Counted from the stretch's first letter, positions 1 to 9,622 are shown. The stretch is DNA of 64,000 nt from Polyangiaceae bacterium (GCA_033763455.1 JANRKO010000089.1:1-64000), one strand, 5' to 3'. The notes: generated from the letters alone by a model not told the origin. Translations and numbers: made by a program.

Positions 1-453
1 CTACGCTTCGCCCGGCACCTCGCGATGCAAGACGCAAGACTCGATACAACGACCTTTCGGTATTTCCGCTGACGAGACTTCGACCCGGATCGTCTCCAGG
101 CCGGCACCCGCTGGTCAGCTGCAGCTTCGTGACGCACATGCGGCGGCGCCCATAGCACGCCCGGAGCCCAAGGACGAAGCTTCCCCAAAGAATGCGGTCA
201 GGTGCGCGGCGAAGCCCCAGTGAAACGTGAAATCGCTGCCTCAATGACCCACCTAGGAGCGCGCTAGCTATGACCTACCGTCAAAGCGAAGGAGCGTTGG
301 GCGCTTGTGTTGCCCCCTCTCTCCTCGCGTCGCTCGGAGTGTCTCCCCCAGGCCAGTCGCTTCGCTCTGGCGGGGGAGAACCTCCAATGAAGCTCGCCCC
401 GCCGGAAATGATGAATCGAAGGCAACGTCAGCGAGTGCTTCCGCGCGCGGTGA

Positions 454-598
454 GATACTTAGCATGCGAAGAATCGGAAGTGGTTTTGAAATGGGCCGCC
501 GGCAGCAGGCGAAAACAGCTAATCCGAACGCACCGCCCGCGGGGGCTCTCTGGGTGATTCTTAGCATGCGAAGAATCGGAAAATGGTTTTGAAATGGG
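454..598. repeat. Two-copy direct repeat (~42 bp, period 102 bp), each copy containing the 22-bp palindrome
   Basis: 454-495 GATACTTAGCATGCGAAGAATCGGAAGTGGTTTTGAAATGGG and 556-598 GATTCTTAGCATGCGAAGAATCGGAAAATGGTTTTGAAATGGG; non-coding region downstream of murJ. Confidence 0.95.
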
Positions 599-660
599 GC
601 GTTCACCCTTCGACGAAAGGTTGAGTTTGAAGCGAGAACGTGAAGCGAAAGTTTGTGAAA

Positions 661-2280
661 TTAGCGCCGAGTAAGGCCCATGCGACGTAGGAGTGGCCCG
701 GCTAAAGCCTGGAGCTCTTCGCTCTTGAACAGGTGGGCGAGGGTGAAAAAAGCTGTGCAAAAGGCGACGACGCCGATGGTTCCGGGCACGGCACGTTCCC
801 AGGGGCTTTGCCCAAGGTGCGCCGCCACAAAGTCCGCGGCGGCCCAGCTCACTCCACCGGCGAGTATTGCGGCGGAGCCATTTTTTAGGGCGGAAATGGC
901 GACAGGGCGGTGCTGGAGCCCTGGAAGACGCCGTTTGACGCGCCACCAAAGCAGCGACATCTGTACGGCCGAGGCGCAGGTAACTGCCAGGCTGATCCCA
1001 ACATGCCCGAGGCTATCTTTGAGGAGAACCGCGGCGGTGATGAAGGCTAAGAGGTCGCACGCACTTACTACGACGGGCGTCTTGGTGTCTCCGGTGGCGT
1101 AGAATGCGGATACCAATTGGCGCACGCAGGCTACCATCCATATCCCTGCGCCTTGCGCCATAAGGGCGAGTGCCGTTTGCTCGGCTTGAAGTGCAGAGAA
1201 CTTACCGCGCTGAAACAAAAGGACTACGATGGGGTGTGCAAGGGCAAAGAGCAGAGCACTGGCGGCAAAACCTACAAAAAGGGCAATCCGAAGGCCATAC
1301 GCAAAGGCATCGGCGGCTCCCCTTTCATCCTTCTTGGCAACGAGGGCCGCAAGGCTTGGCAGTGTGGCGGCTTGCAGTGCCATCACGAAGATCCCTTGGG
1401 GGAAATCGCACAAACGTAAGGCAAAATTGAAGTAACTTACGGGGCCTTCGCCCAAATCTGAGAGTAAGCGTCGCCCAACAATCACGTCGACGTAGTAAAT
1501 GCCGAGCCCAATGCAGACCGGCCCCATCCGGCGCAAAACCTCCCGCACGGCAGGGTCTCCGAAAGCGAAACGGGGTGGGGATGCGTAACCTATGGCGGCA
1601 AGGCTCGGCCACTGCGCGACCATCTGAAGTGCGCCACCCAAAAGGGCCCCGAATGCCATGGAAAGGACTGAATCAAGGCCACTTGCTGCCAATATTCCGG
1701 ACAAACCAAGGCCACACACAATGAACGCCACGTTGAGCAAGCCGGGCGCAAACGAACTTACTAGGAAGCGCCGATGCGTGTTGAGCGCAGCTACTCCTAG
1801 TGCCACCGTGCCAATCGTGAGTAAATAGGGAAAGAGCCAGCGCGTCAGAGTGACTGTGCGTTCGAATTGCTCCGGGGAATTCTTGAAACCTGAAGCGAAA
1901 ACGCTCACCAATTGAGGTGCAAACAGCACTCCGAGCCCGGTAAGTGCCACGAGCACCACGGTTGAGAGGCCCCGCAGAGACTGAAAGAAGCTCCGTGCTC
2001 GCACATCCCCCTCTTTCGCGCGCACTTCGGCCAAAACGGGAATTACGGCACTCTGCACTGCTCCTTCAGCCACCAGTTGCCTTAGCAAATTGGGGATCGT
2101 AAAGGCGATCCAAAATGCGTCAGTCTGCGCGGCGCTGAAAGCCGCTGCCAGAACTTGGTCTCGGCCAAGCCCGAGCACTCGGCTTGCTAACGTTCCTAAA
2201 CCAACGATGCCTGCCCGGCGCGTGATCTGAGCCGGCGCGTGTTCGCTGTTGCCCGGTTTTTCTTCAGTCGATGCCGACAT
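661..2280 (-). CDS. murJ: Lipid II flippase MurJ (MviN)
   Basis: SRVLGLGRD, DAFWIAFTIPNLLRQLVAEGA and FYATGDTKTP motifs; many hydrophobic segments; 539 aa. Confidence 0.95.
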   Translation of the reverse strand: MSASTEEKPGNSEHAPAQITRRAGIVGLGTLASRVLGLGRDQVLAAAFSAAQTDAFWIAFTIPNLLRQLVAEGAVQSAVIPVLAEVRAKEGDVRARSFFQSLRGLSTVVLVALTGLGVLFAPQLVSVFASGFKNSPEQFERTVTLTRWLFPYLLTIGTVALGVAALNTHRRFLVSSFAPGLLNVAFIVCGLGLSGILAASGLDSVLSMAFGALLGGALQMVAQWPSLAAIGYASPPRFAFGDPAVREVLRRMGPVCIGLGIYYVDVIVGRRLLSDLGEGPVSYFNFALRLCDFPQGIFVMALQAATLPSLAALVAKKDERGAADAFAYGLRIALFVGFAASALLFALAHPIVVLLFQRGKFSALQAEQTALALMAQGAGIWMVACVRQLVSAFYATGDTKTPVVVSACDLLAFITAAVLLKDSLGHVGISLAVTCASAVQMSLLWWRVKRRLPGLQHRPVAISALKNGSAAILAGGVSWAAADFVAAHLGQSPWERAVPGTIGVVAFCTAFFTLAHLFKSEELQALAGPLLRRMGLTRR

Positions 2281-2989
2281 GGGATGAAAGGCTGCGTGTT
2301 ACCACGTTCATCGCCAAAGCGAGATCTTCTTCGATGAGAGAGTCCAAGGCGCCCCGCCCGGTAAGGACAAACCGTGCGCGAGCGGGCCCGCTGATGCGAA
2401 AAGGTCCCCCCCCGCACTTCTGGCAGATAAGCCCACCGCGCACTGGATCGATGAACGAGCTCCGCCCTTCGGGGCAGGGGGTATCACAGCGAACACAGCG
2501 TTCAAATTCTAGTGCGAAGCCGGTAGTCGCCATCAATTGGAGGCCAAATTCCGCGAGTAGGAGGCCGCTTCTTCCGGCGTGCATTTCGACGTCCAGTGCA
2601 TCCAAGAGCGAGGTTGTTCGGGCATAGAGCTCGTGCTCACGGGTGCGCGCCGGTGCCACGTGGCGAAGCCAGCTAAGTGCGCGCCCAGCGGCTTCCATGC
2701 CTTCGAGACTCCTTAAGATTGTGCGGCGCGGAACTTTGAGTTGAGCTTCCTTCAGCGAAAGCAAGTCACGCCCGCTACGCTCCTCTATCTTCACGCGTAA
2801 CGTGTGGATAGGTTCGAGTGCGCCGCCGAAGCGTTTCTGACTTTTGCGGGCACTCCGCGCGACGGCGTCAACTCTGCCGAGCTGTTCTGTCATTAGCGAC
2901 AGGATAACGTCTGATTCGCCCAGCAGCGTCTGGTGAAGAATGAGAGCGTCGGTGTCGTGAACCTGAAGAGCAACGAAGTTGCGAGGCAC
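2264..2989 (-). CDS. recO: DNA repair protein RecO
   Basis: N-terminal OB fold (LGESDVILSLMT..GRVDAVARSARKSQKRFGGALEP); C-terminal CVRC...CQKC zinc motif. Confidence 0.92.
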   Translation of the reverse strand: MPRNFVALQVHDTDALILHQTLLGESDVILSLMTEQLGRVDAVARSARKSQKRFGGALEPIHTLRVKIEERSGRDLLSLKEAQLKVPRRTILRSLEGMEAAGRALSWLRHVAPARTREHELYARTTSLLDALDVEMHAGRSGLLLAEFGLQLMATTGFALEFERCVRCDTPCPEGRSSFIDPVRGGLICQKCGGGPFRISGPARARFVLTGRGALDSLIEEDLALAMNVVTRSLSSHVGID

Positions 2990-2992
2990 CGC

Positions 2993-3421
2993 TTACGACT
3001 GGGTAAGATGGGTGGAGGCCGGAGCTTGCGAGAGCTCTTGCGGCATGTCTTCGCCGCGAGGTTTCAGCACGATGCTGATGGCCAACGTGAAAAGAATGAG
3101 CAGCAATACGAAGGCAATGGCCACACCAAAACGACGGCCTCGTGTCGGACGCGCGGCAGACGACAGCTGCAACGGAGAGACGAAGGCAATACGCCGGCTA
3201 GCGGTGAACCGCGCGAGGACCTCGTCAGGGTTTAGCCCCACTGCACGTGCATAAGACTTCAAGAAGCCCCTCACGAACACTTCGCCTGGAAGTTCGTCAA
3301 AACGATCTGATTCCAGGCGTTCGAGGCTGCTCGCGGGCACGCGGGTCGCACGCGCGATCTCCTCCACGCTCATGCGCCGACTCTCTCGGTGCTCGCGGAG
3401 GTAGGTGCCCAGGGTTGCCAT
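2993..3421 (-). CDS. RodZ-like N-terminal HTH protein with one transmembrane helix
   Basis: LGTYLREHRESRRMSVEEIARATRV...LPGEVFVRGFLKSYARAVGL, then a hydrophobic helix. Confidence 0.85.
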   Translation of the reverse strand: MATLGTYLREHRESRRMSVEEIARATRVPASSLERLESDRFDELPGEVFVRGFLKSYARAVGLNPDEVLARFTASRRIAFVSPLQLSSAARPTRGRRFGVAIAFVLLLILFTLAISIVLKPRGEDMPQELSQAPASTHLTQS

Positions 3422-3433
3422 GAGCCGGCGAGA

Positions 3434-4237
3434 CTACTTGAGTTTCGCCAGAATGGAGCCGCATTCTTGGCCCACCGGCGTTTTTGCTGATAGCCGCAGG
3501 CAGCGCTCCAAGGACTCCCTCGCCTCGGCCGGGCGGCTCAATGCGATCAAGGTGCGGGCCCTGCCGGCCTCAGCCTCTTGCAGCGCTTGGCAGCTAGGGT
3601 GGTCTGTTTCCAGTGCTCTTGTAAAAGCGGCGAGGGCTTCGGAGAAATGTTTCTGGCGCTCGTGGGCGACCCCAAGCCGGAAGTTGCCCACGCAGAACAT
3701 TGGCTGCGCTGCAACTGCACGCGAAAGCGCATCGATGGCCGCGCTCGTTTGGCCGAGCTCTAGATAGGCCCAGCCCAGATTGCCCCACGCGTTTTCGGGC
3801 GTTGTGTAGAGCATGTCGTCGGCAAGCTGTTTGAGGACGGGTACGGCCTCGCGGGCGCGTTTCTCGTGGATCAGAATAACTCCGAGTGTGTTTCGGGCTT
3901 CGCGAAAGTCGTTGCGAGCGTTGAGGGCCGCGCGCGCGTATTTTTCCGCTTCGCTCAACCTGCACTCATCTGCGTTGCGCTGACAAAAATCCAGGTACAT
4001 GAGAGCGACCAGGTGCGCCGCTTCGGCATTCGCATCGTCCAGGTCAGCGGCGCGGAGCGCGTGCTTGAGCCCTTCGCGAGGTTGGCTTTGCCGAAGCCAA
4101 AGGTCGCGCGCGACTTCCATTTCGGCTTGGCTCATCCGCTCCGGATCTGAGCCGGGGGGCACGTTGTCCGGGCGTGGGCTGCAGGCTAGCGCCAACAGCG
4201 CAACGAGTAAGCTCGGAGGCAAGGCCGGGCGCCTCAT
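3434..4237 (-). CDS. tgl: TPR lipoprotein, Tgl/PilF-like type IV pilus pilotin
   Basis: Lipobox LLALAC; TPRs with ARNTLG and YTTPENAWGNLGWAY; several Cys; lies upstream of HTH and recO as recalled for myxobacterial tgl. Confidence 0.7.
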   Translation of the reverse strand: MRRPALPPSLLVALLALACSPRPDNVPPGSDPERMSQAEMEVARDLWLRQSQPREGLKHALRAADLDDANAEAAHLVALMYLDFCQRNADECRLSEAEKYARAALNARNDFREARNTLGVILIHEKRAREAVPVLKQLADDMLYTTPENAWGNLGWAYLELGQTSAAIDALSRAVAAQPMFCVGNFRLGVAHERQKHFSEALAAFTRALETDHPSCQALQEAEAGRARTLIALSRPAEARESLERCLRLSAKTPVGQECGSILAKLK

Positions 4238-4962
4238 CCGGCTTGGCCTGCGGGCTGTGGAGGCTGATGGTCCGGGAGGCGACCTGAGATCTGATCTTTT
4301 ATCCCCAACAGCCCATAGAGCTCACTTAAAGCGGCCAGGCTCGGGATCTCCACCTTTTCATTGACGATCTTCAGATAGCCCTGGTCTCGAAGTTGCTTCA
4401 CGGTGCGCTTCACCGTATCTACATCCAAACCAATCTGGGCCGATAGCTCAAGGGGGGAGATCACCAGGATCCCCTTTTCTGTGCCCTGAGCTTGGTTGTG
4501 TTCACAGAGCTTGATTAAAGCTGCCACCACCTTCGATTCCGATCCATCAAGCATCAAGATCTCGATCTGATCCTCGGCATCCCGCAGGCGGCGCACCAGC
4601 TGCTGCAAGATGCGCATGCCAATGTCGGGGTTGGTCGAAAGTACCTGTTGAAACATCGCGTGGTCCAGCGCCAAGAGGGTGCCATCCTCTAACGCCACGG
4701 CAGTGGTGTTGCGCCGCGCTCCAGGTAAAAGCGCCACTTCGCCAAACAGATCACCAGAGCGTAAGATGCGCAGGCTCCGTTCGCCTCCTCCGACTCTCTT
4801 AATCAGTCGAATGCGCCCTTCTTGCAGCAAGTATGCCTCTGCCGCATCGTCGCCTTCTCGAAAAAGTACGTCGCCTGCCGAGAAGCTACGGCCAAAGCGC
4901 GAGAGCAGGCGCTGGCGGTCGATGCTGGGCACGTCGCTTGGGGGAGGATCGGTCGTCACCAT
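4234..4962 (-). CDS. Crp/Fnr family transcriptional regulator
   Basis: cNMP-binding domain (LFREGD...GDLFGEVALL...RNTTAVA) plus C-terminal HTH. Confidence 0.9.
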   Translation of the reverse strand: MVTTDPPPSDVPSIDRQRLLSRFGRSFSAGDVLFREGDDAAEAYLLQEGRIRLIKRVGGGERSLRILRSGDLFGEVALLPGARRNTTAVALEDGTLLALDHAMFQQVLSTNPDIGMRILQQLVRRLRDAEDQIEILMLDGSESKVVAALIKLCEHNQAQGTEKGILVISPLELSAQIGLDVDTVKRTVKQLRDQGYLKIVNEKVEIPSLAALSELYGLLGIKDQISGRLPDHQPPQPAGQAG

Positions 4963-4979
4963 CTTGATGTTTTCCAGAA

Positions 4980-5678
4980 TTAGGGCCTTTGGAAAGGCGA
5001 GGCTACCAGCTTTGGCACAATGAGATTTGGTTCACGCACGTACACGGGCCGCGGAGCGAGCAGAGAAGCCTGTTCCAGGGAGGCGGCACCCGTCGGCCAA
5101 AGAGCCTTCCAGAACGTTTGGGCAGAGGGACGCTCCGAAAGCGGCGCGCGGGACACCCTCGAACGGAGCGGCAACGATTGGGCGATAGCCCCGACAAACG
5201 TGAGGGTTGCGGTCGGAAGGTTTTGGTCAAAAAATTCCTGCACCTGCTCCCCCGCGAGTACGGTCGGAGCCACAAGTTCATGTCCAGTAGCGTCGTACGC
5301 CGCCGCGAACACTTCTCCCTTTCGTGCATCGAGTAAGGGGCAGAGTACCGACGCGGGGGCCTGCGGCCGCGCCCCGGCTGCGAGCGCTGAGAGAGAAGTG
5401 ACGCCGATCATTGGAAGGCTGAGGCCCGCGGCTACGCCTTGCCCTAGGGCCAAGCCCACTCGGACTCCTGTGAACGAACCGGGCCCAACGCCCAAGATGA
5501 GGCAATCCAGCGCTTCCTTGCCAAAAGGAGCCTGCGCGAATAGCTGCTCTAGTAGGCCGAAGATGCGTTCGGCATGTCTCTCCGGCTCGTAGTGCTCCAG
5601 GGCCCCAACAATCTGGCCATCCTCAAACAAGGCCAGGGACGCCACTTCTGCCGAGGTCTCAATCGCCAATGCGCGCAT
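4980..5678 (-). CDS. tsaB: tRNA t6A biosynthesis protein TsaB
   Basis: MRALAIETS, GVGPGSFTGVRVG and LDARKGEVF motifs; start moved to ATG 5678 because the longer ORF overlaps the divergent PP2C gene. Confidence 0.92.
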   Translation of the reverse strand: MRALAIETSAEVASLALFEDGQIVGALEHYEPERHAERIFGLLEQLFAQAPFGKEALDCLILGVGPGSFTGVRVGLALGQGVAAGLSLPMIGVTSLSALAAGARPQAPASVLCPLLDARKGEVFAAAYDATGHELVAPTVLAGEQVQEFFDQNLPTATLTFVGAIAQSLPLRSRVSRAPLSERPSAQTFWKALWPTGAASLEQASLLAPRPVYVREPNLIVPKLVASPFQRP

Positions 5679-5801
5679 CAGCCATGGCATTATCATCTTT
5701 CCCCCCGGCGCGCGACGTGGGGGCCTTTCCGAAGACGCAGCCTGGGCCCGAACAAAATGCGGCTGCCCATGCGCGCTTGAACGCCGTATGCTTGAGGTAG
5801 T

Positions 5802-7001
5802 TTGCCGTTCCAGGTCGTCCCACGCTTTGACTTTCGTATTCGGTTCGCTGTTGCCAAATCCCAAGGCGACCGCGACCACGATCAAGATCGCTACTTAATG
5901 GCGCCCGAGCTGGGCTTGTTTGCAGTCGCAGACGGCATGGGTGGAGGCCACGCCGGCGATCTGGCTGCCGAGGGTGCCCTCAGAGCCTTGCGCGCTTCGG
6001 TGGCTGAGACGAAATCACAGCTGGCCGCCGACGCCTACAATCAGAATTCGGATCTTGAACATCGCCGCTACCTCCTGAAAAAGCTGCGCGGAGCGGTGGA
6101 GGCTGCGAATACGGCCGTGCGGCAGTTAGGCGTTGTGCAAGAGGGCAAGCGAGGTATGGGCTCCACGCTCGACGCTGTGTGGCTGGCGCGTAGTTCGGCG
6201 CTGGTAGCTCACGCGGGGGATAGCCGCGTCTATTTGGCGCGTGCGCGCACGGTGCTTCAGCTTACGCATGATCACGGCCACGTGGACGCCCTGACCGCGC
6301 AAGGGCTACTTCGCCCGGCCGTTCGCGTGCAGTCGAGCGCGCTCACCAATGCTGTTGGTCTGCGCGACGACATCTCCGTTGATACCGTGTTCGTTGAGTT
6401 AACTCGTGGTGATCGGCTGTTGTTGTGTACGGATGGCGTGCACAACGAAGTCCGCGGCGAGACGGAGCTTACGGATATTCTTCGCGGAGGCACCATCGAG
6501 CAAGCCGCCGAGGCTTTGGTGAAGCGCACGGGTAGGAGCGGGCGCGACAACGCTACCGCGCTTATTGTGGAGATTGGTGAGCGATTCGTTACCCGGCCCA
6601 ACCCGGACCGCGGCTTGGCTGCGCAAGATTTGGAGCACGCCTGCCAAACCCCTTTGCTCAGTGATCTGCCTCGGCCGTTGGTGCTCCAAGCGCTCGCAGC
6701 CGCCGTGGAAGTAGAAATCCCGGCGGGAGAAAGTGTTCCCCGTGTGGTGGCGAACGATCTGGTGGCGTATATCGTTCTGGCCGGGATGGTTCGTTGCCCG
6801 GGCGATCGACAGGTGACGACCGGCGCTCTCTTGTTTGGCGAGTCTTTGGTGGGCGTGTGGAAACAGGGCGTGCTCCCGGTGGCAGAAGAGCCCTGTCGGG
6901 TGTTGCGGATCCGCTACGACGATTTTCGCGAAGTGTGCGCTGACGCGGGGCTCGGAGCCGAGCTCTACCGAAGGCTCGCGTCCCATCTCGCCCGCAGCTG
7001 A
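5802..7001 (+). CDS. PP2C-family Ser/Thr phosphatase with C-terminal degenerate cNMP-binding-like domain
   Basis: VADGMGG, AHAGDSRVY, LLCTDG and GRDNAT motifs; C-terminal AYIVLAG...LFGESL; GAGGT upstream of TTG start. Confidence 0.88.
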   Translation: MPFQVVPRFDFRIRFAVAKSQGDRDHDQDRYLMAPELGLFAVADGMGGGHAGDLAAEGALRALRASVAETKSQLAADAYNQNSDLEHRRYLLKKLRGAVEAANTAVRQLGVVQEGKRGMGSTLDAVWLARSSALVAHAGDSRVYLARARTVLQLTHDHGHVDALTAQGLLRPAVRVQSSALTNAVGLRDDISVDTVFVELTRGDRLLLCTDGVHNEVRGETELTDILRGGTIEQAAEALVKRTGRSGRDNATALIVEIGERFVTRPNPDRGLAAQDLEHACQTPLLSDLPRPLVLQALAAAVEVEIPAGESVPRVVANDLVAYIVLAGMVRCPGDRQVTTGALLFGESLVGVWKQGVLPVAEEPCRVLRIRYDDFREVCADAGLGAELYRRLASHLARS

Positions 7002-7134
7002 GCTGATTGCTCTGAAAATGCGCTGTTTGATCGGCGAATTCACGCTCGATAAATGTTTTTCGCTTAGTGCTTGCAATCGCAAAGCAACCGACTACGTTGC
7101 GCGTCACCCTGCGGTTCGCCAAAGGGCCATGGTC

Positions 7135-7212
7135 CGGGGCGTGGCGCAGCCTGGCTAGCGCACTTGACTGGGGGTCAAGGGGTCGTGGGTTCGAATCCCG
7201 CCGCCCCGACCA
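7135..7212 (+). tRNA. tRNA-Pro (anticodon GGG)
   Basis: Acceptor stem CGGGGCG/CGCCCCG, anticodon stem CTTGA/TCAAG with loop CTGGGGG, T-loop TTCGAATC, encoded CCA end. Confidence 0.97.
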
Positions 7213-7269
7213 TCTTTCTCCCCCTTCGGCTCAAGGTTGGCCCAAGGGAGAGAAGGGCTTGGGCGCGCG

Positions 7270-8331
7270 TTACGGACAGCGCCGCCGCACTTCAGCGGCG
7301 TGAGGCCCGTTCGGGAACTCGCGAAGATAGCGGGCTTTGGTCTTGCGGCACTGCGCCTGGTTCCCAGACTGCTCGTAAGCCGCCACAAGCTGTGCCAGCG
7401 CGTCCGGCTGAAGGGGCGATTGCGGATCCGCTTTGACGGCTTGCTCCAGGGCTTTAGCTGCTGCTTGGGGTTGCCCACCTTCGCGCAAGCGCAATCGCCC
7501 GAGTTCTAGCGCCGCGACCCGCGAGTACTCATCGTTAGGATAGCGACGCACGAGTTCCCCGTAGAGCTCAATAGCCTCGGCCGTGTTCCCTTGGCGGCGG
7601 ACATCCGTCGCTTTGTTGAAAAGCAGTTTCGCCTCGGCACGCAGGTCGCGCACGGGTGCCCCTTTTGGAATTTCAGCAATAGGCGGTGCTTTAGCCGGTG
7701 CCTCCACAAGTGCAGCGGGCTTAGGTGAGCCTTCCCTTAACAAGAGGCCTCCACCCGACCAACGAGCCCCAGCCGTGAGCCGCGCAATGCGCTCACCGCT
7801 CTGGCGATCTACGACGTCCACCACTCCTCGTTCCACCGAGACCTCTGAATGGACCTCCGCGTCGCGGCTCTTGGACGTGCCTTTGGGCTCCACCCGCACG
7901 GTGAAGCGCGTGCCTCGCACTTGAACTTCGATGTCCCCAGCCACTACCGAAAACTGCCGCTCCGGCCTGTGGCTCACGTCAAAAGTTGCGCTACCCGAAG
8001 GCAACGCCACCCGCACCAGATTGGGGGACGCGGCGAGCACATTCAACTGAGAAAGCGGCTCTACTTGAGCCTCAGAACCATCACTCAGACGCACCGTTAC
8101 AGACTCACTCCGCGCTTCGACCACGGCGCCTGTGCCCAACCCTTCCGGATGGGCTCGGAAAACCAGCACAAGAGATGCTGCAACGGCCATCGCCGCAGCT
8201 CCAGCAGCCAACCGGCGTCCCCACTGCCTGTTGCGTTTCCTCTGTTGGAGCTTGCGCGCGGTGCCTTCCCAAGCGCTCTTAATTTCCGCTTCGGGAAGGG
8301 GTTCGATCAGAATGTAGTCAGCAGGTTTCAT
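7270..8331 (-). CDS. FecR-domain anti-sigma factor with C-terminal TPR region
   Basis: TM helix, LSDGS, GSATFDV, VQVRGTRFTV and VSVERGVVDV FecR motifs; TPR tail ending YLREFPNG; directly downstream of an ECF sigma gene. Confidence 0.85.
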   Translation of the reverse strand: MKPADYILIEPLPEAEIKSAWEGTARKLQQRKRNRQWGRRLAAGAAAMAVAASLVLVFRAHPEGLGTGAVVEARSESVTVRLSDGSEAQVEPLSQLNVLAASPNLVRVALPSGSATFDVSHRPERQFSVVAGDIEVQVRGTRFTVRVEPKGTSKSRDAEVHSEVSVERGVVDVVDRQSGERIARLTAGARWSGGGLLLREGSPKPAALVEAPAKAPPIAEIPKGAPVRDLRAEAKLLFNKATDVRRQGNTAEAIELYGELVRRYPNDEYSRVAALELGRLRLREGGQPQAAAKALEQAVKADPQSPLQPDALAQLVAAYEQSGNQAQCRKTKARYLREFPNGPHAAEVRRRCP

Positions 8332-8366
8332 GGCTTATCTCCCGCACGAGGCGGCTAAGTTTGTTC

Positions 8367-8972
8367 TTACGTGCCCCCGCGCGCGAGGCGATCAAGTTCG
8401 TCTCTGAGTTCCACCTCCGCGGAGGCGATACGGCGTTTAACGGTGGAGAGGCTGAGCTCCAGAGCTTCCGCTACTTCGGCGTTTGTGAGCCCTTCGACCC
8501 GGCTCAACTCCAAAATTATGCGAGAATCAACTCGGAGCCCAGCAATGGCGCGGTAGGTCGCCCGAAGGTCCGCCGCCACATCTGGCGGGGCTTCGCGCGA
8601 GAGAACAACTTCGTCGTGGCTCGTGTCTGTACCACTCAGGCCAAGGCGTCGAGCGATCCCCCGGCGCCGGAGCCGGTTGCGTACCACGCGAATCGCGATG
8701 CCCCGCAACCAGCTGGAGAAGGCCTCCGGTGTACGAAGACTCGCGATGGACTCCATGGCTTGGACGAAGGTGTCTTGCACCAGATCTTCAAGCTCACGAT
8801 CGTTGGGAACGAGTCGAAAGACCAGCCCGCGTACGGACGAAAAGTGTCTGTAAAATAGCTGGGCCTGGGCTGCTTCGTTGCCCTGCTGGACCTGACGAAC
8901 GAGCTCGGCATCGCTTGCGCCGTCTTTGGCGGAACGGACCGAACTGATCAAACGAAGCACTTGCGCGACCAC
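8367..8972 (-). CDS. ECF sigma-70 factor
   Basis: EDLVQDTF and FSSWLRGIA (region 2); EGLTNAEVAEALELSLSTVKRR (region 4). Confidence 0.92.
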   Translation of the reverse strand: MVAQVLRLISSVRSAKDGASDAELVRQVQQGNEAAQAQLFYRHFSSVRGLVFRLVPNDRELEDLVQDTFVQAMESIASLRTPEAFSSWLRGIAIRVVRNRLRRRGIARRLGLSGTDTSHDEVVLSREAPPDVAADLRATYRAIAGLRVDSRIILELSRVEGLTNAEVAEALELSLSTVKRRIASAEVELRDELDRLARGGT

Positions 8973-9085
8973 CGTTTCCTCTTGCCAGGAGTAGTACCCC
9001 AGACGGGTGTTTTCGGTTCATCAGGATGTTTTGGGGTGAATAGGCCCCATGGTCAGACTGGCCGCGGCTGCGTACGCTTCCGGCC

Positions 9086-9571
9086 GTGAGGCTCCCTCGA
9101 CGGCTATTTCTGGCGGCAGGTATCGGTTTTCTCGGGTGCAAGCGCACTTATCGAGTGGGGGAGTTCGTTCTGGTGCAGTGGGAGGAAGCAGCGTACCCAG
9201 CCTACATCGTCGAAGCGAAAACCAACGGCCGTTTACGAGTTCACTACGATGGCTACGACACGCGCTGGGACGAAGACGTCGGGCCCGAGCGGGTATTGGG
9301 CCTCGCCAAGCAGCCAGTGTTTCGGCCGCCTCCTCCTGAAAAAGTGCGCCGCCTCGAGGGTAATCTGGGGTCGACCGGCGCAGCCTCCGTCACACCTCCT
9401 TCGCCCTACCGGGTGGGTGACCACGTAAAAGTGCGCTGGCGCGGCTCGGTGTACGGGGCGAGCATCGTTGCGGTGATTTCAAACGACCGATTTCTCGTTC
9501 ACTACGATGGTTATGAAAGTGCGTGGGATGAGCCAGTGGGGCTGGAGCGAATAGTGGCCAGGAGGCCTTAG
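9086..9571 (+). CDS. Exported lipoprotein with two Tudor-knot/chromo-barrel-like domains
   Basis: Signal PRRLFL...GFLGC; repeats VHYDGYDTRWDEDV and VHYDGYESAWDEPV separated by a Pro-rich linker. Confidence 0.75.
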   Translation: MRLPRRLFLAAGIGFLGCKRTYRVGEFVLVQWEEAAYPAYIVEAKTNGRLRVHYDGYDTRWDEDVGPERVLGLAKQPVFRPPPPEKVRRLEGNLGSTGAASVTPPSPYRVGDHVKVRWRGSVYGASIVAVISNDRFLVHYDGYESAWDEPVGLERIVARRP

Positions 9572-9622
9572 TGCCCGTTGGGGGCCTGGCCGGCATAGGT
9601 GTCGCGATGCTAATACTTTGGC

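Noticed and set aside
1..72. Possible 3' end of a + strand gene (…LRFARHLAMQDARLDTTTFRYFR*)
   Set aside because: Too short to support or identify.
454..598. CRISPR array
   Set aside because: Only two units, a 60-bp spacer and no cas genes; kept as a repeat.
268..606. Short ORFs over the repeat region
   Set aside because: Their repeated peptides only reflect the DNA repeat; no protein-family features.
7135..7270. tRNA-Pro as an integration site for an island
   Set aside because: No integrase and no duplicated tRNA 3' end noticed in the window.
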